DNA from: Balanoglossus misakiensis
Lineage: Eukaryota; Animalia; Hemichordata
Assembly (NCBI GenBank): GCA_040954595.2
Contig: CM082582.2
Coordinates: forward strand, 6,246,303 to 6,310,302
Direction: 5' to 3'
Length of the DNA: 64,000 bases
A program made the translations under genes and the position numbers. The first letter of the stretch is position 1; each line of letters starts with the position of its first letter. Under the pieces are notes generated by a model. That model worked only from the letters and a program-made list of their open reading frames with translations, was not told the origin of the DNA and did no database searches. Shown here piece by piece: positions 1 to 14,300 of the stretch.

Positions 1-3000
1 CCCATGAAAATCATCCAAATATGACAATTTTTCGACTTTGCGGAATATCAAAATTTCTTCATTTTTTGATAAAAATCATGGGTTATAGCCCATGAAAATC
101 ATCCAAATATGACAATTTTTCGACTTTTTGGAATATCAAAATTTCTTCATTTTTTGATAAAAATCATGGGTTATAGCCCATGAAAATCATCCAAATATGA
201 CAATTTTTCGACTTTGCGGAATATCAAAATTTCTTCATTTTTTGATAAAAATCATGGGTTATAGCCCATGAAAATCATCCAAAATTGACAATTTTTCGAC
301 TTTTCGGAATATCAAAATTTCTTCACTTTTTGATAAAAATCATGGGTTATAGCCCATGAAAATCATCCAAAAATGACAATTTTTCGACTTTGCGGAATAT
401 CAAAATTTCTTCACTTTTTGATAAAAATCATGGGTTATAGCCCATGAAAATCATCCAAATATAGCAATTTTTCGACTTTTCGGAATATCAAAATTTCTTC
501 ATTTTTTGATAAAAATCATGGGTTATAGCCCATGAAAATCATCCAAATATAGCAATTTTTCGACTTTTCGGAATATCAAAATTTCTTCATTTTTTGATAA
601 AAATCATGTGTTATAGCCCATGAAAATCATCCAAATATGACAATTTTTCGACTTTGCGGAATATCAAAATTTCTTCACTTTTTGATAAAAATCATGGGTT
701 ATAGCTCATGAAAATCATCCAAAAATGACAGTTTTTCGACTTTGCGGAATATCAAAATTTCTTCACTTTTTGATAAAAATCATGGGTTATAGCCCATGAA
801 AATCATCCAAATTTGACAATTTTTCGACTTTGCGGAATATCAAAATTTCTTCATTTTTCGATAAAAATCATGGGTTATAGCCCATGAAAATCATCCAAAT
901 ATGACAATTTTTCGACTTTGCGGAATATCAAAATTTCTTCATTTTTTGATAAAAATCATGGGTTATAGCCCATGAAAATCATCCAAATATGACAATTTTT
1001 CGACTTTGCGGAATATCAAAATTTCTTCACTTTTTGATAAAAATCATGGGTTATAGCCCATGAAAATCATCCAAAAATGACAATTTTTCGACTTTGCGGA
1101 ATATCAAAATTTCTTCACTTTTTGATAAAAATCATTGGTTATAGCTCATGAAAATCATCCAAAAATGACAGTTTTTCGACTTTGCGGAATATCAAAATTT
1201 CTTCATTTTTCGAGAAAAATCATGGGTTATAGCCCATGAAAATCATCCAAATATGACAATTTTTCGACTTTGCGGAATATCAAAATTTCTTCATTTTTTG
1301 ATAAAAATCATGGGTTATAGCCCATGAAAATCATCCAAATATGACAATTTTTCAACTTTTTGGAATATCAAAATTTCTTCATTTTTTGATAAAAATCATG
1401 GGTTATAGCCCATGAAAATCATCCAAATATGACAATTTTTCGACTTTGCGGAATATCAAAATTTCTTCATTTTTTGATAAAAATCATGGGTTATAGCCCA
1501 TGAAAATCATCCAAAATTGACAATTTTTCGACTTTTCGGAATATCAAAATTTCTTCACTTTTTGATAAAAATCATGGGTTATAGCCCATGAAAATCATCC
1601 AAAAATGACAATTTTTCGACTTTGCGGAATATCAAAATTTCTTCACTTTTTGATAAAAATCATGGGTTATAGCCCATGAAAAGAATCCAAATATAGCAAT
1701 TTTTCGACTTTTCGGAATATCAAAATTTCTTCATTTTTTGATAAAAATCATGGGTTATAGCCCATGAAAATCATCCAAATATAGCAATTTTTCGACTTTT
1801 CGGAATATCAAAATTTCTTCATTTTTTGATAAAAATCATGGGTTATAGCCCATGAAAATCATCCAAATATGACAATTTTTCGACTTTGCGGAATATCAAA
1901 ATTTCTTCATTTTTTGATAAAAATCATGGGTTATAGCCCATGAAAATCATCCAAAATTGACAATTTTTCGACTTTTCGGAATATCAAAATTTCTTCACTT
2001 TTTGATAAAAATCATGGGTTATAGCCCATGAAAATCATCCAAAAATGACAATTTTTCGACTTTGCGGAATATCAAAATTTCTTCACTTTTTGATAAAAAT
2101 CATGGGTTATAGCCCATGAAAATCATCCAAATATAGCAATTTTTCGACTTTTCGGAATATCAAAATTTCTTCATTTTTTGATAAAAATCATGGGTTATAG
2201 CCCATGAAAATCATCCAAATATAGCAATTTTTCGACTTTTCGGAATAACAAAAATTCTTCATTTTTTGATAAAAATCATGTGTTATAGCCCATGAAAATC
2301 ATCCAAATATGACAATTTTTCGACTTTGCGGAATATCAAAATTTCTTCACTTTTTGATAAAAATCATGGGTTATAGCTCATGAAAATCATCTAAAAATGA
2401 CAGTTTTTCGACTTTGCGGAATATCAAAATTTCTTCACTTTTTGATAAAAATCATGGGTTATAGCCCATGAAAATCATCCAAATTTGACAATTTTTCGAC
2501 TTTGCGGAATATCAAAATTTCTTCATTTTTCGATAAAAATCATGGGTTATAGCCCATGAAAATCATCCAAATATGACAATTTTTCGACTTTGCGGAATAT
2601 CAAAATTTCTTCATTTTTTGATAAAAATCATGGGTTATAGCCCATGAAAATCATCCAAATATGACAATTTTTCGACTTTGCGGAATATCAAAATTTCTTC
2701 ACTTTTTGATAAAAATCATGGGTTATAGCCCATGAAAATCATCCAAAAATGACAATTTTTCGACTTTGCGGAATATCAAAATTTCTTCACTTTTTGATAA
2801 AAATCATGGGTTATAGCCCATGAAAATCATCCAAATTTGACAATTTTTCGACTTTGCGGAATATCAAAATTTCTTCATTTTTCGATAAAAATCATGGGTT
2901 ATAGCCCATGAAAATCATCCAAATATAGCAATTTTTCGACTTTTCGGAATATCAAAATTTCTTCATTTTTTGATAAAAATCATGTGTTATAGCCCATGAA

Positions 3001-6000
3001 AATCATCCAAATATGACAATTTTTCGACTTTGCGGAATATCAAAATTTCTTCACTTTTTGATAAAAATCATGGGTTATAGCTCATGAAAATCATCCAAAA
3101 ATGACAGTTTTTCGACTTTGCGGAATATCAAAATTTCTTCACTTTTTGATAAAAATCATGGGTTATAGCCCATGAAAATCATCCAAATTTGACAATTTTT
3201 CGACTTTGCGGAATATCAAAATTTCTTCATTTTTCGATAAAAATCATGGGTTATAGCCCATGAAAATCATCCAAATATGACAATTTTTCGACTTTGCGGA
3301 ATATCAAAATTTCTTCATTTTTTGATAAAAATCATGGGTTATAGCCCATGAAAATCATCCAAATATGACAATTTTTCGACTTTGCGGAATATCAAAATTT
3401 CTTCACTTTTTGATAAAAATCATGGGTTATAGCCCATGAAAATCATCCAAAAATGACAATTTTTCGACTTTGCGGAATATCAAAATTTCTTCACTTTTTG
3501 ATAAAAATCATGGGTTATAGCTCATGAAAATCATCCAAAAATGACAGTTTTTCGACTTTGCGGAATATCAAAATTTCTTCATTTTTCGAGAAAAATCATG
3601 GGTTATAGCCCATGAAAATCATCCAAATATGACAATTTTTCGACTTTGCGGAATATCAAAATTTCTTCATTTTTTGATAAAAATCATGGGTTATAGCCCA
3701 TGAAAATCATCCAAATATGACAATTTTTCAACTTTTTGGAATATCAAAATTTCTTCATTTTTTGATAAAAATCATGGGTTATAGCCCATGAAAATCATCC
3801 AAATATGACAATTTTTCGACTTTGCGGAATATCAAAATTTCTTCATTTTTTGATAAAAATCATGGGTTATAGCCCATGAAAATCATCCAAAATTGACAAT
3901 TTTTCGACTTTTCGGAATATCAAAATTTCTTCACTTTTTGATAAAAATCATGGGTTATAGCCCATGAAAATCATCCAAAAATGACAATTTTTCGACTTTG
4001 CGGAATATCAAAATTTCTTCACTTTTTGATAAAAATCATGGGTTATAGCCCATGAAAATCATCCAAATATAGCAATTTTTCGACTTTGCGGAATATCAAA
4101 ATTTCTTCACTTTTTGATAAAAATCATGGGTTATAGCCCATGAAAATCATCCAAATTTGACAATTTTTCGACTTTGCGGAATATCAAAATTTCTTCATTT
4201 TTCGATAAAAATCATGGGTTATAGCCCATGAAAATCATCCAAATATGACAATTTTTCGACTTTGCGGAATATCAAAATTTCTTCATTTTTTGATAAAAAT
4301 CATGGGTTATAGCCCATGAAAATCATCCAAATATGACAATTTTTCGACTTTGCGGAATATCAAAATTTCTTCACTTTTTGATAAAAATCATGGGTTATAG
4401 CCCATGAAAATCATCCAAAAATGACAATCTTTCGACTTTGCGGAATATCAAAATTTCTTCACTTTTTGATAAAAATCATGGGTTATAGCTCATGAAAATC
4501 ATCCAAAAATGACAGTTTTTCGACTTTGCGGAATATCAAAATTTCTTCATTTTTCGAGAAAAATCATGGGTTATAGCCCATGAAAATCATCCAAATATGA
4601 CAATTTTTCGACTTTGCGGAATATCAAAATTTCTTCATTTTTTGATAAAAATCATGGGTTATAGCCCATGAAAATCATCCAAATATGACAATTTTTCAAC
4701 TTTTTGGAATATCAAAATTTCTTCATTTTTTGATAAAAATCATGGGTTATAGCCCATGAAAATCATCCAAATATGACAATTTTTCGACTTTGCGGAATAT
4801 CAAAATTTCTTCATTTTTTGATAAAAATCATGGGTTATAGCCCATGAAAATCATCCAAAATTGACAATTTTTCGACTTTTCGGAATATCAAAATTTCTTC
4901 ACTTTTTGATAAAAATCATGGGTTATAGCCCATGAAAATCATCCAAAAATGACAATTTTTCGACTTTGCGGAATATCAAAATTTCTTCACTTTTTGATAA
5001 AAATCATGGGTTATAGCCCATGAAAATCATCCAAATATAGCAATTTTTCGACTTTTCGGAATATCAAAATTTCTTCACTTTTTGATAAAAATCATGGGTT
5101 ATAGCCCATGAAAATCATCCAAATTTGACAATTTTTCGACTTTGCGGAATATCAAAATTTCTTCATTTTTCGATAAAAATCATGGGTTATAGCCCATGAA
5201 AATCATCCAAATATGACAATTTTTCGACTTTGCGGAATATCAAAATTTCTTCATTTTTTGATAAAAATCATGGGTTATAGCCCATGAAAATCATCCAAAT
5301 ATGACAATTGTTCGACTTTGCGGAATATCAAAATTTCTTCACTTTTTGATAAAAATCATGGGTTATAGCCCATGAAAATCATCCAAAAATGACAATTTTT
5401 CGACTTTGCGGAATATCAAAATTTCTTCACTTTTTGATAAAAATCATGGGTTATAGCTCATGAAAATCATCCAAAAATGACAGTTTTTCGACTTTGCGGA
5501 ATATCAAAATTTCTTCATTTTTCGAGAAAAATCATGGGTTATAGCCCATGAAAATCATCCAAATATGACAATTTTTCGACTTTGCGGAATATCAAAATTT
5601 CTTCATTTTTTGATAAAAATCATGTGTTATAGCCCATGAAAATCATCCAAATATGACAATTTTTCGACTTTGCGGAATATCAAAATTTCTTCACTTTTTG
5701 ATAAAAATCATGGGTTATAGCTCATGAAAATCATCCAAATTTGACAATTTTTCGACTTTGCGGAATATCAAAATTTCTTCATTTTTCGATAAAAATCATG
5801 GGTTATAGCCCATGAAAATCATCCAAATATGACAATTTTTCGACTTTGCGGAATATCAAAATTTCTTCATTTTTTGATAAAAATCATGGGTTATAGCCCA
5901 TGAAAATCATCCAAATATGACAATTTTTCGACTTTGCGGAATATCAAAATTTCTTCACTTTTTGATAAAAATCATGGGTTATAGCTCATGAAAATCATCC

Positions 6001-9000
6001 AAAAATGACAATTTTTCGACTTTGCGGAATATCAAAATTTCTTCACTTTTTGATAAAAATCATGGGTTATAGCTCATGAAAATCATCCAAAAATGACAGT
6101 TTTTTGACTTTGCGGAATATCAAAATTTCTTCACTTTTTGATAAAAATCATGGGTTATAGCCCATGAAAATCATCCAAATATGACAATTTTTCGACTTTT
6201 CAGAATATCAAAATTTCTTCATTTTTTGATAAAAATCATGGGTTATAGCCCATGAAAATCATCCAAATATGACAATTTTTCGACTTTGCGGAATATCAAA
6301 ATTTCTTCATTTTTTGATAAAAATCATGGGTTATAGCCCATGAAAATCATCCAAAAATGACAATTTTTCGACTTTTCGGAATATCAAAATTTCTTCATTT
6401 TTTGATAAAAATCATGGGTTATAGCCCATGAAAATCATCCAAATATAGCAATTTTTCGACTTTTCGGAATATCAAAATTTCTTCATTTTTTGATGAAAAT
6501 CATGGGTTATAGCCCATGAAAATCATCCAAAAATGACAATTTTTCGACTTTGCGGAATATCAAAATTTCTTCATTTTTTGATATAAATCATGGGTTATAG
6601 CCCATGAAAATCATCCAAAAATGACAATTTTTCGACTTTGCGGAATATCAAAATTTCTTCACTTTTTGATAAAAATCATGGGTTATAGCTCATGAAAATC
6701 ATCCAAAAATGACAGTTTTTCGACTTTGCGGAATATCAAAATTTCTTCACTTTTTGATAAAAATCATGGGTTATAGCCCATGAAAATCATCCAAATATGA
6801 CAATTTTTCGACTTTTCGGAATATCAAAATTTCTTCATTTTTTGATAAAAATCATGGGTTATAGCCCATGAAAATCATCCAAAAATGACAATTTTTCGAC
6901 TTTGCGGAATATCAAAATTTCTTCACTTTTTGATAAAAATCATGGGTTATAGCTCATGAAAATCATCCAAAAGTGTCAATTTTTCGACTTTGCGGAATAT
7001 CAAAATTTCTTCATTTTTTGATAAAAATCATGAGTTATAGCCCATGAAAATCATCCAAAATGACAATTTTTCGACTTTGCGGAATATCAAAATTTCTTCA
7101 TTTTTTGATGAAAATCATGGGTTATAGCCCATGAAAATCATCCAAATATAGCAATTTTTCGACTTTGCATAATATCAAAATTTCTTCATTTTTTGATAAA
7201 AATCATGGGTTATTGCTCATGAAAATCATCCAAAAATGACAATTTTTCGACTTTGCGGAATATCAAAATTTCTTCATTTTTTGATAAAAATCATGGGTTA
7301 TAGCTCATGAAAATCATCCAAAAATGACAATTTTTCGACTTTGCGGAATATCAAAATTTCTTCATTTTTTGATAAAAATCATGGGTTATAGCTCATGAAA
7401 ATCATCCAAAAATGACAATTTTTCGACTTTGCGGAATATCAAAATTTCTTCATTTTTTGATAAAAATCATGGGTTATAGCTCATGAAAATCATCCAAAAA
7501 TGACAATTTTTCGACTTTGCGGAATATCAAAATTTCTTCACTTTTTGATAAAAATCATGGGTTATAGCTCATGAAAATCATCCAAAAATGACAGTTTTTC
7601 GACTTTGCGGAATATCAAAATTTCTTCACTTTTTGATAAAAATCATGGGTTATAGCCCATGAAAATCATCCAAATATGACAATTTTTTGACTTTTCGGAA
7701 TATCAAAATTTCTTCATTTTTTGATAAAAATCATGGGTTATAGCCCATGAAAATCATCCAAAAATGACAACTTTTCGACTTTGCGGAATATCAAAATTTC
7801 TTCACTTTTTGATAAAAATCATGGGTTATAGCTCATGAAAATCGTCTAAAAATGACAGTTTTTCGACTTTGCGGAATATCAAAATTTCTTCACTTTTGAT
7901 AAAAATCATGGGTTATAGCCCATGAAAATCATCCATATATGACAATTTTTCGACTTTTCGGAATATCAAAATTTCTTCATTTTTTGATAAAAATCATGGG
8001 TTATAGCCCATGAAAATCATCCAAATATAGCAATTTTTCGACTTTTCGGAATATCAAATTTTTTTCATTTTTTGATAAAAATCATGGGTTATAGCCCATG
8101 AAAATCATCCAAAAATGACAATTTTTCGACTTTTCGGAATATCAAAATTTCTTCACTTTTTGATAAAAATCATGGGTTATAGCCCATGAAAATCATCCAA
8201 AAATGACAATTTTTCGACTTTGCGGAATATCAAAATTTCTTCACTTTTTGATAAAAATCATGGGTTATAGCCCATGAAAATCATCCAAAAATGACAATTT
8301 TTCGACTTTGCGGAATATCAAAATTTCTTCACTTTTTGATAAAAATCATGGGTTATAGCCCATGAAAATCATCCAAATATAGCAATTTTTCGACTTTTCG
8401 GAATATCAAAATTTCTTCATTTTTTGATAAAAATCATGGGTTATAGCCCATTAAATCATCCAAATATAGCAATTTTTCGACTTTTCGGAATATCAAAATT
8501 TTTCATTTTTTGATAAAAATCATGGGTTATAGCCCATGAAAATCATCCAAAAATGACAATTTTTCGACTTTGCGGAATATCAAAATTTCTTCACTTTTTG
8601 ATAAAAATCATGGGTTATAGCCCATGAAAATCATCCAAATATAGCAATTTTTCGACTTTGCGGAATATCAAAATTTCTTCATTTTTTGATAAAAAGCATG
8701 GGTTATAGCTCATGAAAATCATCCAAAAATGACAATTTTTCGACTTTGCGGAATATCAAAATTTCTTCATTTTTTGATAAAAATTATGGGTTATAGCTCA
8801 TGAAAATCATCCAAAAATGACAATTTTTCGACTTTGCGGAATATCAAAATTTCTTCATTTTTTGATAAAAATTATGGGTTATAGCTCATGAAAATCATCC
8901 AAAAATGACAATTTTTCGACTTTGCGGAATATCAAAATTTCTTCATTTTTTGATAAAAATCATGGGTTATAGCCCATGAAAATCATCTAAAAATGACAAT

Positions 9001-9890
9001 TTTTCGACTTTGCTGAATATCAAAATTTCTTCATTTTTTGATAAAAATCATGGGTTATAGCTCATGAAAATCATCCAAAAATGACAATTTTTCGACTTTG
9101 CGGAATATCAAAATTTCTTCATTTTTTGATAAAAATCATGGGTTATAGCTCATGAAAATCATCCAAATATAGCAATTTTTCGACTTTGCGGAATATCAAA
9201 ATTTCTTCATTTTTTGATAAAAATCATGGGTTATAGCTCTTGAAAACCATCCAAAAATGACAATTTTTCGACTTTGCGGAATATCAAAATTTCTTCATTT
9301 TTTGATAAAAATCATGGGTTATAGCTCATGAAAATCATCCAAAAATGACAATTTTTCGACTTTGCGGAATATCAAAATTTCTTCATTTTTTGATAAAAAT
9401 CATGGGTTATAGCTCATGAAAATCATCCAAAAATGGCAATTTTTCGACTTTGCGGAATATCAAAATGTCTTCATTTTTTGATAAAAAGCATGGGTTATAG
9501 CTCATGAAAATCATCCAAAAATGACAATTTTTCGACTTTGCGGAATATCAAAATTTCTTAATTTTTTGATAAAAAGCATGGGTTATAGCTCATGAAAATC
9601 ATCCAAAAATGACAATTTTTCGACTTTGCGGAATATCAAGATTTCTTCATTTTTTGATAAAAACCATGGGTTATAGCTCATGAAAATCATCCAAAAATGA
9701 CAATTTTTCGACTTTGCCGAATATCAAAATTTCTTCATTTTTTGATAAAAAGCATGGGTTATAGCTCATGAAAATCATCCAAAAATGACAATTTTTCGAC
9801 TTTGCGGAATATCAAGATTTCTTCATTTTTTGATAAAAACCATGGGTTATAGCTCATGAAAATCATCCAAAAATGACAATTTTTAGACTT
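1..9890. repeat. 88-bp tandem satellite array (~112 monomers, open at the left window edge)
   Basis: Monomer CCCATGAAAATCATCCAAATATGACAATTTTTCGACTTTGCGGAATATCAAAATTTCTTCATTTTTTGATAAAAATCATGGGTTATAG recurs at 1, 89, ... 1321, 2641, 3961, 5281, 6601, in exact 88-bp phase until the first indel near 7050. It ends in a partial monomer at ~9890. Confidence 0.99.
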
Positions 9891-11260
9891 CGCGTGAAAA
9901 TAACTTCTGTTTGGAACAGACTAGGAGCATAAGTCAGGGACTTCTGATACCATTGCATAAATTCCCTCAAATTTGGCGAACATTCAAATTTCAATCATTA
10001 CGTTTGATTTCCAGTAGAGTATCTTGGACTACACAATTACTTGAATAATTGAAACCGAAAATTTGTAGGAATTTGACTGAATCTTGAGACTGGATACAAG
10101 GAATGTTAATTTAACCGGGAATGTTGTATGCATTCCCTCCTTATCAACACACATAATCCCACACGAACCATCAGAAACGACCTTTCCCTTCACTGCCACT
10201 GGCACTTATCGCCCGTGATCTCCACACATACGTCATTTTCCACATAAAACTGTCGGACATTATCTGAAGGATCTACCGTAATTGTTCCAGGCTTTCCAAT
10301 GTCATATTGTCTTTCAGGCCAAGGTTGGTGTCAACTTTTAAAAATTATCCATTTGGATTTGCTCAATGTTTTTCACATAGCACAGTGTATGGTTCCACGT
10401 CGCCTACATAGCATCTATACAGTTGGGCATGGGACAATAGCCGAAAAGTGGTTACAAGACGCAAACTATGTTAAGGGGAAATGGAAACCGTCAACTTAAT
10501 ATTTGGAACAGTGTATACTTATGGCATCGTTAATATTTGTTGTGCATAAAGCATAATTGCAGCCAATACGTGTTTATCACGACTTTGTCAAAGTTCAAGT
10601 ATTTCCCAATAATTTAATTGAAAATCTTTATTGTTGAAACCAGACAATGAAAGTAAACTGATGTGATTGCCATACCTTTTAGCTTTGATACAAACACAGG
10701 AGACGATTTCGGTTGACAGCGCAACTAATTGTATTAATGTACCGAAAATCCACAACTGTCATTGTCCACGTTCAATAACATTTCCTTCTTTTGCAAAAGA
10801 TAGTTTGTCATTGACAAAATTGATATCTCGGAAGGCCTACTTCGCCTTAGCAATAAATCAATGATACTGCTGGCGTTGGCCGACGAGAGTGAGAAGGGAG
10901 AAAGTGATGTAAACGACAGCGAACATTCTAAAGGAGATGTACCTTGTAGCACTAAGTGTGGAACGCACATGTTGTAAGATGGCTTTTCATGGATGACTGA
11001 ACTTGTAATGTGTTACTTGGAAGATATTCAAACAAGAATTGTTGATCGTATCAGATGATGAAGTAAAAAAATCAATTACGTGCAGTTGAACGGCCTTGTA
11101 TAGGGAAACCCGTGCCGAAACTATAAATGATGTAATTCTAACACATTTTCTTGCGGTTATTTAACCGCACGCTAAAACGTGTTACCGCGAGATGAAGAAG
11201 AAATATCGCGAGACAGTTGTTCACGGAGCGTCTGTCGCCATCTTGAAACGCATGCATATC

Positions 11261-11347
11261 ATTTGCATATATGTAAACAGCACGATTGAAATTTGCATAT
11301 GTAAACAGCACGAATGAAATTTGCATATGTAAACAGCACGAATGAAA
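11261..11347. repeat. ~28-bp minisatellite x3 containing octamer (ATTTGCAT) and forkhead (GTAAACA) motifs
   Basis: ATTTGCATATGTAAACAGCACGA(A/T)TGAA is repeated three times; the first copy has an extra AT. Confidence 0.85.
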
Positions 11348-14300
11348 TAAGCACTTTATTCACTTCCGCAATAAGATTGAAAGAGGGATTTGAAACAGCG
11401 TTCTTTCAACATAATCCCGGAAAAATAATCCGCACCGTGGGCTTTACAGGAATTCAGGACGATTGATGATCGTTGCTACTCCATCTGTCATGATTTAAAA
11501 AAAGTGACAGTGTGCTGTCTTTAATACCTGGTTTATTATTGCCGATTTCTATAAATTGGTTTCATTTTGAATAAGTTTAGTCGCCAAAAGGAATATAAAA
11601 AAGAACTTTATCAACTCTTATTCAAAGCAGGATTGATTACTCTTTAGTTTCTCCAGACTTTGCTTCAATGACCGAACGTGTTCACATTTCCCCGGGATAC
11701 AGAACAGATCATTCGATGATTTCGTGTAGTGTTTTGATTATAAATTCACCATGTTAATGTAACGGTTGTACACGTGCCTAGGGAAACATTTCAAATTTTT
11801 CTCTCGCTAGGTGGTCTTGTTGCGTAGCAAAACAACCATTTAAAGGCGATATGGAGAGAGATAGCAAGTATAAGTGGATTCTATCGTTGCGATACTGAGG
11901 GCAATTGAAGCGGTGCCGATAAAGGAGGACTCTAGCGTCAAAGGGCCGCAGTTCCACAGTCCAACGCTAATTGGTAAGAGGTAAGAATTTGTCTAGTGTG
12001 TTGTAAATGTCGCAATTAGTCAAAGGTGTTTACTGATGTCAATGTCCCGGTTAATGTGCATGTTGTGCGACTTCATATAAGTGAAGTGGTTTATACACTA
12101 ACGTAGAAATTAGAATACAGTTACAGCAGCAAGCGAGTAAATCGAAGTTTTTTTTACCAAATCTAGTGTCATGCGATATTAAAAACAGGGAAATAGTTAC
12201 CTCTACAAAGTTTGGTCTCATCCTTGATTATACCGGAAACTATTGGCAAGAATCTGTCAGTTAAACAGATAGCATACTGTATATACACGCTGTGTAAAGA
12301 CTATCGTCACGTGTTGCTTGTCTGTTTGTCTAAGAGATAAAATGAGATAAAATTGTTTCTTGGATGTGAATGTCATTTCCTTTGTTTACCCGCGCAAAAG
12401 TAAAAGTAAATTGACACGCATTGTGGTGATGACGGTGTCGTGTACATTGGATCCGCAAGATGGCGACAAGGTCATTGGTTTTATAAAAAACAAGAAAGAA
12501 TCTATCATGTAGGAGGTACCTATCATGCAATGGCCTGATGTGTCTGATCACTTAATTGCAGCCCCGAAGGCTTTAGTTGCTTTTATTGATTGTGACTTCC
12601 TGTACCTATTCAATTCTGGTCGAACCTAGCTTTTATTCGCTGCAGGAAGAGACGGCTTTCATTCAATCGCAGGTTCTACGCACATGAGGACCGTATTCCA
12701 TGAATACAGCACATGACAAGGAATAAAAATAGCATATTGCATAACGATCTGCAATATTGATTTGAATAATATGTGTGGTCTAACTAGTAGCAAACATGTC
12801 GAGCTTTCGATACTTTAGTGTCGAGAAGCTCTCTGGAAGTCGTTTTGTGGTAAGCTACTATACTTTTATACCTTTTAGGGTTAAATGGGCTAAAATGGCT
12901 TATGGAAACGTTAAATATCAGTACACGAATCACTGAAATTCATTTTTTATGTATAATCTGTAAAACGTTAACATAATAAGATGGAGAATCATTTAATGCC
13001 TGTAAACTACATTGTTTTTAGTAACTACGATGTGAATTTGCTTCAGGCATTTTGTGTTTTCAGTCATTTGCCAAGCGTCGTTTAGAGGATTAAGCAAGCC
13101 AAAAAAATGGAGCTGTTGAGTTAATCACCTCTTTAGTGAAATCCCTTGTAAGTCCACATAAATCCCACATCACTGGAGGATGTACTTTTAGTTTGACATT
13201 AAGAAAATGCCCACTCCCTGGCGTTAGTTTCATCACAGGGGTGTATAAATATCAAGAACGACAACATGTGCGTCATCAATAAAGAAAACTGAATATGCCT
13301 TCTGCAGGTGGCACAGTTATTAGATTTATATGGAACGTTAACACTAAGTTCAGAGCCGAATTAAATATGCAAATGACACGTTAATTGACATTGCACTATA
13401 CTTATACAGCAAAACCTTTATATGTAGCAAGCTTTCATTAAATTTGATCAGTAAATCTGGACTCTAACGTGTGTTAAATATGCAAATTAGCACGTTACGA
13501 AAAGATCTAAACATCTTTCCTTCAGCTGTGCACATATATAAGTATATTGCATGGTTGTATAGTATAATTATAGTGATGTGTAAAAAAAATAGGATGACAG
13601 TTTTGGAAAATATAAAATAACGACAGTTTTGGGGGACAGATGTCAGTGAGTGCGTGTTATAGATGTTTACGTGATGTCGCTCTTGTAAATCTCGCGAGAA
13701 TTCAAGGAAAACTGGGACATAAGTGGTACAAACAACTTACAGGAAATATAATAGAACCATATATCTTGTCCAGCCAAATCGAGATAGATTCCCATGATGA
13801 AAGAAGACAAGAAAACAGAAAGCCACCGACAGATTTCAATCAGAACAATCAAAATTGACGACAAGGAAAAACAAGTCTTCAATCAAAAAGATGTTATTAG
13901 CATAGCGGCTATGCCCACTTCCCGTGTGTCATAAACGGCCCAGCGGCTGAGTTTATATTGTACAGCCTGAACTTCGCCTTGTCTGTCGAAGTTTCATTTG
14001 ATGCATGTGATACCTATGAAAAAGTAACCCCTAGGTTATTTGGGGTGATTTAAAACAAACATGTTACTAGTATATGTAAACAGCAAACTCAATTTATGTA
14101 GGTAAAGCTGCTAAGTAGTACTAATGGTTTTTGATATTACACGGGGGTCCCTCCCCTATAACTTACCTGCCATGGTCTGCGTACTAATTTCCTGCTCTGA
14201 TTCATTTGGGTTTGCAAGAAACCGTAAATCAAACCTGGAAAGGGATGCCATTCAGATCTAGATGCGGCTCAAATGAGTCGTCTCAAGGTGACCGTCAAAG

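Noticed and set aside
30-45. CENP-B box-like TTCGACTTTGCGGA in the monomer
   Set aside because: The spacer is one base shorter than TTCG-N4-A-N2-CGGG, and the conserved A and final G are missing.
1-9890. CRISPR-like array (palindromic repeats)
   Set aside because: No unique spacers, contiguous 88-bp monomers, eukaryotic context and no cas genes.
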